A DNA stretch of 64,000 nucleotides from Fistulifera solaris (lineage: Eukaryota). The stretch spans positions 744,001 through 808,000 of the forward strand of contig AP026152.1 in the NCBI GenBank assembly GCA_030295235.1, read 5' to 3'. The notes below the pieces were generated by a model that did no database searches, was not told the DNA's origin, and saw nothing but the letters and a program-made list of their open reading frames with translations. Positions within the stretch are counted from its first letter, which is position 1. Every line of letters starts with the position of its first letter. The position numbers and the translations under genes were made by a program. Positions 49,404 to 60,884 of this stretch are shown here, in pieces.

Positions 49404-52400
49404 ATGAAGTCACCTGACAGTGAACTGTTCGTTTCTGAATTCGAACGAGAAAACATGCTTGAGAAATCAAGCACTCATGGCTCGGATGCGTCGCTTTCCG
49501 AAGGTATCGGCCGAGGAGAAGGCCGCCTTGTTAATCGATCGAAAGTCATACTTTACGTCACCCTGTGCCTCGCTGGTGTTTGTATTTCGTTAGCTACGTT
49601 CTTTTCATCAAGAATCAGGAAGAAGCGACGTTTGAAAATGAGGTATGCGCAAAATCGTCGACAAAGAGGAGCACAGAATATGATTGGAACATCCTAACAT
49701 CGATATTCTATCGTTTTCACAGTTTCGTAATCTTGCCAACGAAATCATCGGCGTCGCCACAAGCAACACGGAAAACACCATTGGTCAAATTCGCAGTATA
49801 TCGACGGCGTACGCATCCTACGCCGGCGAATCGTCAAGCCGAAAGTGGCCGAACATCACCTTGCCCCACTTCAAGCACCAAGTCTTCGAATCAATCCGTC
49901 TCACTGGAGCGGAATGGGTGGCTTTTCTACCCAGGGTTTCCAAAGAGCAAAAAGCTGAGTTTGAAGCGTTCGTACAAGAAGAATATTCTCGTCTGGGCAT
50001 GGCGAACACCTCTGCTAGTTTGCCCAAGGAAATTCGCAGCACGAACGGTAATTCAATTGAAAAAGACTATTTCGCGCCAATTTGGCAGATAGCTCCTTTG
50101 GGTTCGAGCGCGGATGTTCTCCTCATTGACATGGACTCTTTTCCGTGGTTCAAGGAAGTCAAAGCCGATGTGCTACGAACCAACCATGCTATCATGTCGC
50201 GGGTCATCGATATCGATCCTACTGTAGAAACTGAAGATAAGCACGAGTTCGATGACTTCCATCCACATACCGTCATTTTGAATGGAATCCCACGATTCGA
50301 TGGCGACGTTATAGTAGAAGACTATGAGAACGACGGATTCGGCTTCATCATGGCCGTCTTGCCTTGGGAAGTCTACTTTACGGAGGTTATACCTAGCGAC
50401 ACCTATGGTTTTCTCGTCGAAGTTGATGACCACTGTGGGAGCGTATTCACGTACGTAGTCAACGGCCACTATGCTCAAGTGCTCGGAGAAGGGAAATTGC
50501 ATAACAGCAAGTACGATTACCTCCATCAATCTGCTGACTGGTCTATGATAGCATCAGAGGGGAATCTTATCGAGGGAATCGATAATCCAGAGCAGCTGAC
50601 GTGCTATTATACCATTGATGTATATCCAACCGACGAACTGAAGGCGGTTTACACCAGCGGCGATCAGGTTGTGTTTGCAATTGCCATCCTAGCTGTCTTC
50701 GTTTTTATTGTGGGTATCTTCTTTGTTTACGACGTGGCTGTGCAGAGGCGACAGGACAGAGTGACGCGGGTTGCACGACAAACAGCGAAAATCGTCAATT
50801 CGCTTTTTCCCAAGAATGTACAACGTCGCATCATGGAGGAAGCTCAACAGGCTGCAGAAGCTGATGAAGAGAAGCAGCAAGGTTTCCGGTTCAGCGCAAA
50901 AGATCGTATCAAGAAAGCGTTGCTGAATAATGGTGCAGACGACCAACAAGGTCTCAAGAATGCTCCACCTATTGCCGATCTGTTCCCTTCCACAACCATT
51001 ATGGTACGTGAACACGCAAAGCTACTGCCCTAACAGTCAGTTGAAAGTCTTGTTCAGGTGAACTCAACCTTGCCATCCGCCTTTTTAATAATGAATGACA
51101 TGGCAGTTTGGAGATTTGGTTGGTAAGTATACGACCGAGATTGTATGACGTGCTTTATGGAAATACTTCGCAGGGAACTCACCTTTCGGCGGCATTTCTA
51201 AACATAGGATTTACTGCATGGAGCTCGATGCGAGAGCCGGCACAAGTATTTCAACTTCTGGAGACTATATACTCCGAGTTCGACGAGATAGCTAAAAAAC
51301 GACGCATCTTCAAAGTGGAAACAGTAGGAGATTGCTATGTAGCCGCCTGTGGTATTCCAGATCCTCGACGTGACCATGTTGTAGCCATGGCTCGCTTCGC
51401 GCGTGATTGCAGAAATCGAATGATGGCTCTCATGACAGATTTGGAAACGAAGTTAGGACCCGATACAGGTGAACTTGGCCTTCGAATCGGTTTGCATAGT
51501 GGTCCCGTCACAGTGAGTGCCATATTTTGATTAAAAATTATTGTTGATCAAAACTTACATTTGAGTTTCACAACAGGGAGGTGTTTTACGTGGCGAAAAG
51601 GCGCGCTTCCAGCTGTTTGGAGACACCATGAATACGACGGCTCGTATTGAAACCACTGGCAAGAAAAACATGATTCACCTCTCCGAGGAGACGGCCAATC
51701 TCTTACAAGCTTTCGGAAAAGGTCATTGGGTAAAGTTGCGCGAAGATAAAGTTAACGCCAAGGGCAAAGGCGAACTGACCACGTACTGGCTCATCAAAGA
51801 TGATGGACTACGTTCAACAACATCCTCTGGAAATTCTCCAAGCGACGGGGAAGAAGATGCGGCTGCCAGTGACGAAGAAAATGATGGCGGCACACCAATT
51901 TGCTTAAAATCGACTTTTGCCGAGAAAAGTGCATTGACAGAGAAAGTACAACGTCTCGTGAAGTGGAATGCCGAAGTTCTCGGCAGAATATTGAAAGAAG
52001 TGATTCAAAGACGAAAAGCGCGCAATAACCCTCCTGATTTTACTGCGGTTCGTCGCCTAGAAGCAGAAACCAAGCTGGGTAGGGTACTTGAAGAAGCCAC
52101 AGACATTCTAGCACTTCCGATTTTTTGATGCAGAGGCCGCGGCTCGTCAGGACGCGCTACCCCCTGTCACATTGGACGAAATGGTCACCCAACAGCTCGA
52201 AGCCTTTATCCATGCTATCGCAATGATGTATCATGACAACGCATTCCACAACTTTGAGCATGCTAGCCACGTTACAATGTCTGTTACAAAGCTTTTTTCG
52301 CGCATTGTTGTCCCTGAGGTTTCCGGTGATGAGCGCACCCTACACGATCACACCTACGGCATTACATCGGATCCTTTGACGCAGTTTGCCGCAGCCTTTG

Positions 52401-53128
52401 CCGCGCTAATTCATGACGTCGATCACCAAGGAGTCACGAACGCGACGCTGATTGAAGAGAGTAGTCCCATCGCTGCAGTCTACAAGAACAAAAGCGTAGC
52501 TGAGCAGAATTCGGTCGACATTGCCTGGTCACTTCTCATGGACGAGTCTTTCATTGACCTACGCAACTGCATTTACACAACCCCCGCCGGATACCACCGG
52601 TTCCGACAGCTGGTTGTGAATTCAGTCATGGCGACAGATATCATGGACAAGACTCTGAGTCAGGCTCGTAAGGATCGTTGGGCCAAGGCATTTGCCGAGA
52701 GCGAAGTTAACGATAACAGTCCACCGGAAGATTATCAAAAACAAATCAATCGCAAAGCGACCATTGTGTTGGAGCACGTGATTCAAGCGTCCGATGTCTC
52801 TCACACGATGCAGCACTGGCATATCTATCGCAAATGGAATGCTCGTTTGTTTGAAGAAATGACTGCAGCGTATCGCCAAGGGCGTACACAAAAGGACCCC
52901 GCAGATACATGGTATGAAGGCGAGATCGGCTTCTTCGACTTTTATATCATTCCTCTAGCAAAGAAACTGAAGGAGTGTGGTGTTTTCGGGGTTTCGAGCG
53001 ACGAGTATTTGAATTATGCAGAGAAGAATCGCAAGGAATGGGAAGCAAAGGGCAGAGAAGTTGTGGCAGAAATGGTAGCAAAGCTGCAAGCTGCACCTCC
53101 TTCGGTCGAATATCAGCTTTCAATGTGA
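49404..53128 (+). CDS. Receptor-type guanylyl/adenylyl cyclase-phosphodiesterase fusion (multi-exon)
   Basis: TM, extracellular CHASE-like region, TM, then a class III cyclase (FGDLVGFTAWSS, KVETVGDCY, RIGLHSGPVT, RFQLFGDTMNTTAR) and a PDEase (FHNFEHASHV, IHDVDH, ATD, ASDVSH). Introns at about 49643-49722, 51004-51106, 51123-51207 and 51513-51576. Homopolymer frameshifts at about 49605 and 52126. Confidence 0.92.
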
Positions 53129-53832
53129 AATTTTTCGTTGATTGATGAAGCGGCGCGCAGTCCAGCATAGTTAGTCTCTCAGCGAACATCTCTATATAAC
53201 AATTAAGTATTTCATGCTTTAGCAATCGAATGAATAACATGCACAAAGAGGACATTATTATGAAAAAGCACAGATGAGCGCGAAGTTCATTGCGGCAAGG
53301 GAAAAAGGCAGTGACTGCGAATAGTACGGTACCAGCACAGTCTTGTAATAGTGACGGTACCGATGCGATGACTATTTAACAAGGCTCGGGACTGCTTTTC
53401 ATTATTTGAGTCAAATTATCGTTCCTCCTACACATTATCTTATAGAGTTAACCTAGTTCTGATTTGTTGAAAATTATTAGCCTACCAAACTCCAGAAAAA
53501 CTGTGAACAGTCAGGAATGCGAAGGTGGTATGCGGCAGGCACTAGTTTACATAATAGGAAATGCGAAGATTATCCTGCTTTATTGAAAAACGGCCTTGGA
53601 CTTCGGCTTACTATTGCTGGGACTGGATTTCATGGAGTCATGATCAACGTGAGAATACACTATACCTCATAGTAATCGAAAGATTGCGATAACCTTAAGC
53701 TTACTGTAAGTTTCGCAGCGATCCTCGTCCGCATTCCGCATTGTTTCATCAAACATGGCGGCCGCAAGCAAGGAGCGACGCTGTGCATAACAAGTCATAT
53801 CATTGCTCGCTTTGTGATCTTCTTTCTTTAAC

Positions 53833-56800
53833 AATGGCAGATGATCAAGCGGAGACGTTAAGCGGAGAATCGCAAGAAATCCGGCAATATCCTTTGCCTA
53901 CTCCTCAGAGAGCTCTTTCACCGCTGCGCGCTTCCGCTTATGACACGGAAACACCGCTACGCCGCAACATCAAGAAACCTTCCATACCTCCATCGACGAG
54001 TAAATCTCGCAGCAAAAGTCGCAACAATGATAAAACAAGAGTGCGACGGAAACGTCGTCTTCCCGGAAGAGATTTTCAACATCCGCAAGACATGATCGCC
54101 GCTCATTGCATATCTGTATCATTGCCGCATCGCGTCGCTTTTGAACGGAACACGCTTTCTCTGGACGAAAAGACATACAATTTACATGCAAAAAACAAAC
54201 GGTCTCCTTCTTTAGGTCACTTGTACTGGATTCAGAGGTTGCAAAGTGTCACAAAGATTCGGCAAGTGCAGTTTCAAAATGTTTTGCCGGAGCAATATCA
54301 AGCCATTTTACCAGATACGAACGAATTACCATCACCTGCTCCCACACTCAGTCACAAAAGACACGATTACCACACCGTGCAGATGTGGGCTTTCCGAATG
54401 CGACGCCGGAGGAAATTGAGAGCAAACAAATCGAAATTCGTAACGAAACCGTGCAGGAAGAAGCGAGTTTGCGATTGATTGCTCTAGTGCCCGACTTAGG
54501 ACGACAAGTCGGGGACGAAAAGACGCCTCTTCCATCAGCTCCTCCGAAATCAAAGTTTAGCATACTGACGCCCCCGCTGCAGTCGATTCCGTCCGCCAGT
54601 CAAGGTTGGCGACCGCGGCTGTTTCATGATCGTCCTTCTTATTTAGAGTATCTATATATTCATTGCGAAGCACCGGATGGATGTCTGGCACTGTACAATA
54701 GTGAGCTGCAAAAAGTTAGCGAGAATTTTTGGTATTCTAAGGGTCAAAAGGGATCTTTGGTATTCAGTCGGGTTGCGAAGAGACTTTGCCTTTGGTGTGG
54801 CGACCACAGCAAGCTGCTGATGAATCGTTTGGTGTAGTGACGATTTCGTATCGACATTGGCCGGATTTACAGGAAATTGATATGCCGGTTTATCCAGGCC
54901 GTTTCTCTTTGGAGAGATTGCAAAGCACAGTGTCCGGATCGGATGTGACGGATTCGGAAGTAAGCGTTGCCAAGAGAAAAGGAGTCATCGGCCGCATGTT
55001 TCGCACTCCGCAAAAGCCAACCAAGACGACTTCACCAACTCCCGGGTATGCATCGACTACTTACAAAGTGCGGATTTCGTTTTTGGGTGGAGATTTTCTT
55101 CAGCCATTGCTATCAACGCCGGAACACGACCATGAAACTACAACAAACAGACTGCTGGCTGATGTATCGGGCGACTTTGCTGTAGCCCTTGACAAACAAG
55201 ACTCCGAGCCACCAGTCTCATCTGTGAAAAAACGATCACATTTGCTTCGGCTCCCGAAAGCTACGCAGCCTGCAGGCTATTTCGCGACTGCGGAGTTTCG
55301 TGAAGTGTTGTATTTGCCAGCTTCGTCACGCTACGAATATGATCGACCCCTCTCGTACTGGTCGTTGGTGAATCTGATGTTTCTTTACCCGCGTGTCTTG
55401 CATATCACCGGTAGTACTCTTAAGCATGAAGAGGGGGTTTCCGTTCGCATTCGAGCATGTAAGATTGAGGGCGAGCATGCTGTAACAATTGCCAATTCAT
55501 TTTACAGCTCATCCTCTCAAGCGAATTTGCTTGATGAAATATATTTCGACGTTACTGCCGACAGTTTTTCTTCTGGTAACAGCGTCGTCTTGCAAGATGA
55601 ATATAAGCTGAGACTACCGGCTTCTCTTGATAAGCGGTTTGTATTGCAAGTGTTATTGCTTAGCTCAAGTAAGGAAATACAAGGTGAGGTCCAAGTACCT
55701 CTATGCAGCTACTCATCCACAAAGTCCGGTAAAATCAAAGCGCTGACTCTTATTCCGAATGGTATTCATAGATTAAAACTGGGCGACTTTCAGCTACAGC
55801 TCGAAAGTCGTCTTGTGAGCGCAGTTCACGTTTCCGATCCCTCCGTGGCCGCATGGCTTCGTGATTGTCCCCAATCATACACCGAATCAAGCGATAGGAG
55901 CCAAGCACCGGTTACAAAGGAAGGTCAATCCGATTCAGTTTTGTCTGAAGCTTCAGAAAGTGCAGTTATAGCTCATTTCATGCCGCTCTTTTACTCTCAT
56001 TTGTGGAACTTTACCCAGGGCAATGTAGAACCGGGGCTGTCGCAGTTATCCAATTTCTTTGAACTGCTTGATAAGAGCAAACAAGCGCTGGGCAAAATTC
56101 GTCTACCTGATTTTATTAAAAGCGTATTGGACGAATATGATGAAGTATTCATGACGAATAAGGAGGAGCCGATTCCCGACAACGAAACAACGGACAAATT
56201 TCACACCACTCAGGAAGACATCGTTGAAGATGATAATTCCAATGCAAGTCGGGTACCATTTCGTAGCAACAAGAAAGGCCCTGTGTTCGGCAGGTTGGAT
56301 AAACGTAGAAGAGAAACCATGAGAGCTCTGGGGCCTTCGGGAACTCCTTTTCCAGAACTGCTTTTGGGGCGTCGAAGACTGATCGAATGCGCTTGGAGGC
56401 AGAGTTACAATTGGGAAGCCAGGGTTTTGCGCTAACACCGTTTTTTGAAGACGATGAAACTATTGCAACTATGCCATCTGTGCTTACCGACTCGCGGTCT
56501 TTTATTGATTCCAGCGCTGGTCATTCGGAACGTTTCCTCTTGGCTGGATCTAGCAACAGGAACATTATAAAGACTTCCTTCCCTGTATCAACAGGCTTAC
56601 AAAGCGATAACAACGAAAACGAGTTTGCTGCGCGCGTGAAAACAGTTGCTAAAGTCATATTAGCCCCATGCGTGGGTCCTTCTTTTCGAGCATTCTTTCA
56701 AGCAATATGACGTTGGGTGCTGCCGGCTGCTTTGAAACGCAGTCTGCAAACGAGGAATTCAAAGAAGACGGCCCTGATAAAGAGTCGACAGCAATATGTG

Positions 56801-59800
56801 CGTATTCCGGATCTGATGACGACCAGTGTCGTGAGCTCATTCAGGACGGCGAACACCACCTCATGTCCAAGAGCTCTTTTCGTGGGGTCATCGATAGCCC
56901 TTTGTTCCGCTTTTCGCTGAGTTTTGAGCAAGAAAATCAGATCCCTAGCGGAATCTGCGAGTACGTTTACGAATCAATTATTGTCATGTGGCTCCGAGCA
57001 TGGTTGGATCACGTCGAGCTGATCTTTCGTGAACAAGCAGGCACGGTGAAAGGAGCTGCGACCTTTTCAATTCCTCCCTACAAATATGCTGGAATGAATC
57101 TTCGGACAATTTTCCGTTTCTACGGACACATGGATTTGCTTCTTCCGCTGTGTCTCAAATCATTCATTTTTCGGTACAATATCAACGTCGAACGCGTTTT
57201 CCCACCCGCTACCAAAGTTATTGTCGACCATAATCACATGCTGTTATTGGAGCCGTTTGTTGAACTTCTCGCTCGTGGACTCGTTGGGGAGGTGCTTTCT
57301 GGCCTCGGGTCTTTTACGAGTCGGGAGGAGTCGCTTCAACGAGCAATTCGGAGCTCAGAGATCGTACTCGACTTTCTCATTGGTTTGGTCTCATTTTTAC
57401 ACACTGAGCATATTCGAATACTTGTGGCAAAGTTTCTTCATACTTTGCGTAATGGTGAAACGGAGCATCTTGGAAGCGACATATCGGACATCAACTTTCA
57501 ATGGGACGAGGAGAGTATCCATCGGGTTCGGTGTTGCCGCGAAATCCGGATTCACACATTGGAAGCATTGCTTATCTTGCCTGCATTTGTTAATCTAAAT
57601 TATCCCCTCAAGTATTCTGGCCACGCAGATTATTCACCCGCACCAAAAGCAATATGGCTCCAACAACACCAGGATTGTGACATGAAATTCGGAAAATTAG
57701 TAAGCAATGAAGAGTCAACTAGTAGTCTGAACAAACTGCCACAGAGCGGCTGGCTTGCTGAGCTACTCATTGGAGAGGGTCTCTCCATATCCTCGTTGTC
57801 TAGCGAAGCAATAGTTGCGGAAGCGATCGCTCAACTTGAAGTGACCTCTACTGGAAGCACAGCGAGCACTATGTCACTCATGAAACGTCCTGGTGCCGCT
57901 TTGAGTAGAGATGATCTCTTGATGTTTCAATCCCTCGGACTCAAAGCAATCAGTGTCGTGTATGAGTTTGGTTTACGACGACACGCTCTCGATCGACGGT
58001 ATCAATCTAATTCTGCTAGAGAACGCACTGCCGCGCTCTTTGCCCCGGTTGTTTTAGACAAATCTTTATCAAGCGTAAAGTGGTTATCCAAAATGGATCC
58101 TACGCAGAAGATTAGATCACTTTGGCTCCTGTCGTTCATTTTTGTTCTCCAAGAAGCCCCAGACGCTCTTCTTCGTCATTATTTGCGGCGCTGCTGCGAT
58201 CCCCAGGTAAGCGAATGTCTCATATGGTGTTTTTCAATCTCGTCAACTTAATTTATTGTTTTTATCAAGAATTTACGCATACATAGATTCGTTCGATTGC
58301 TCCGGCTTTGCAGTGCAACTTTTCAGTCTTTTACAGAAAGCCACGGCAACTCGTCACCCAGCAACTTCGACAATGTAGTCGCACCGTGGCTTCTACAAGA
58401 AAGTTTTAACACAATTTGCGCTAGTGCTATTATAATATTTGAGGAATGCGTTGATCTCATTTCCAGCGATCCTCCTCAACAGGTGAAACTGCTGCAAGGG
58501 ATTCTTGATTTGCTTTTGAACGTTCTCACGTCGCCGCAATCATCTGTGACTCATTTACGAATAGTTGGCGGAGCCTTGCAAGTCCTCGAAACTTTTGGCG
58601 CCGCCCAGTTCGTAGCTTTTGTAGGCCAAAATCTTCAACACTGGATTCGGGTTTTGATAAGCCTCATGAACAGTGTTTCTTTGAGCGTAAGATCTATTGC
58701 AGTTGATTTCTTCGTTTCTCTGATGGGCAGTGTTTTCGATCTTGAGGGCAGCTTAGATAGTATTTCTCTAGTATTTCTCACTGTCCTTCCAGAAGTGGCC
58801 GCTCGAGAAATAGGAATCTACACCGTGAGTGGGCATATCAGCGATATTGACCATGTTTCAAAGGCTTTGTGGCCTCTCCGACGTGCTCTTGCTGAATTAG
58901 GAGACGCAAGTCCACTCGACGACGATAGGGTTGACCCAGCTCTCCCTTACAATCTACATCCCTTCTGTCGGGCAAGTCAGGCTGTCCTTGATGGAGTATT
59001 GATTGAACTGAAATTGAAATGGGAAGAAGTATTGGGGTTTAAAATTTCTCGGAGCATACCGCGCGAATCCCATTTTGACGCCGACGAGGAATCTCTTTTT
59101 GAAGCGATTTCTTTTTTCTTGCCTGAATCAGGCCCCCTGCAGCGAATCCGCTGGCTGACGACATTATCACATCTTCACGAGTCGAAAACACATTGGGTGG
59201 AAGCAGCAGAAGCCATGTTTCTTTGCGCCCGCACCGTGGCAGATTCGCTCCGACATTTGCAGTATGTCTGGCGGCCATCTCGGTTTGTGTTATGGAGTGA
59301 CACAAAGCGCTCGCTTTGGCTTGAATCGGTTGGCGAAGAAATTGGACATCCGGACAGAGGAAATGCTCAAATCATGGATTTCGCAAATCAGTTTCTGGAG
59401 CCCTCATCTCTCCAAGGAAATCAATCCAGCAGTAAACTCACTAAGCTTTCTCAACCAACCCTACCGATGATGTGCAAAAAACTCATTGAATTTTCAAAAC
59501 GCGCAATAGATCTATATCTAAAAGGTGACGGGTTGGTCCGATTGGCATACGCCCGATTAGAAGAGCTACAAGCGTCGTTGATTTCCGCACTGGGTGGTAC
59601 CTCGTTTTTGATACCTACTCGAGGCGGTCTTTCGACCTCTGAGCGTAACTTTGAGGACGATGCTGCATTGCGAAGGGTTATTGCTAGCCTCAGCGGCGAT
59701 ATGGCAAAGCTTGCAGAGCGATTACTTCTGGACGTAAAGGACGACGTATCGAATGGAGGAATTCTGCCCTACTCTGCTGGATCCCATATTTCGAAGGCAA

Positions 59801-60264
59801 ATGAATCTTGCTTCGTTCTGCTTCGTTTCTCCGGTACGAATAAACCTCTTCGTTTTCAGGAAAGCACCACACTACCAACATTTGTGGACTGGGATACTGA
59901 TTGCATTTGTCGAGTATCGCGATCTATCGTTAACAACCCTTCAACCGATCCAGTGGAGTTCTCGAGACAACTGTGTAGCGCATTTGTACAACCGTTTGCT
60001 TCTGCTTTGAAAGAATCCGGCAATGTTATTGTTCAAGTTAATAATTCTTCCACTGAAACAACTACGACAGACGCCGACATTGTGATTCATGTTTCCATGC
60101 TGGAAGCAGTCGGCACCGCCGAAAACACACGGCGCTTCCTCCAATACCGAGCCGATGGAACATCCGTAACGGAGTTCACTGTAGCACATCCCTTTCCTTG
60201 CGCTCTCTCTCGACAACGAATTTTGCTTCAATCCGAGATTGTCCCGAGTACGTACACAGTCTGA
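53833..60264 (+). CDS. DOCK-family-like (DOCK-C/D/SPIKE1-related) large protein, frameshifted
   Basis: DHR-1/C2-like NLMFLYPR...LQDEYKLRLPASL, an armadillo region, DHR-2 lobe A-like LQRIRWLTTLSHLHE..HWVEAAEA and lobe B-like TVAHPFPCALSRQRI. There is an intron near 58207-58270. Confidence 0.65.
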
Positions 60265-60353
60265 GATGTTGCCCGTCAACTTTGGTTACTGCGTTGATAA
60301 AAGTTCTATCTCGTCTTAAGTTTCAACACTATATGATTTCTTAGATATTTGTA

Positions 60354-60884
60354 TTAAACAGTGTAATTTATCTTTATGACCTTGTGTTCACAAAGAAGCG
60401 CGACGCAAATAGCATGGAGGGTGCCTCTAGCGTCGCAAAGAATGAGCGTGCTGAAAGTTGGGAATCTTTCGAAGTTCCGCTCTCTTTTCCAAGCTCGATC
60501 AATAATATCATCATACGAATGCTTTTGAACCGCATTACTAGATTTCCTTTCGTTTTTTAGTTGAGAAATGCTGCAAGTCAATAGAATCTCCGAGTCATCT
60601 TCTTCATCATCCAACGTTTCTTGTGACACGTTATTCGCAACACACCATGCTTGAATAACAGAACGTAGTGCACGATTGGAAACCAAATCTTTCACGGTGA
60701 GTATATTTCGTGTCATAGGACACGTATTGTTCTTTTCTTTGAGCCATTTGAGGATCGCTTTCCGTTCGTAATTGTGGCCCGATCGCGTCATGACCGGATG
60801 CATCATGATACACTGCGAAATCGGGCATAAGAAATGCGAAGGAGTAATCATCTCATCATGTTCTAATACGGTGAGGGATGACAT
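60354..60884 (-). CDS. U-box domain protein (putative E3 ubiquitin ligase)
   Basis: PSHFLCPISQCIMMHPVMTRSGHNYERKAILKWL...CPMTR...LVSNRALRSVIQAW. Likely ATG at 60884; the true C-terminus is uncertain. Confidence 0.85.
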   Translation of the reverse strand: MSSLTVLEHDEMITPSHFLCPISQCIMMHPVMTRSGHNYERKAILKWLKEKNNTCPMTRNILTVKDLVSNRALRSVIQAWCVANNVSQETLDDEEDDSEILLTCSISQLKNERKSSNAVQKHSYDDIIDRAWKRERNFERFPTFSTLILCDARGTLHAICVALLCEHKVIKINYTV

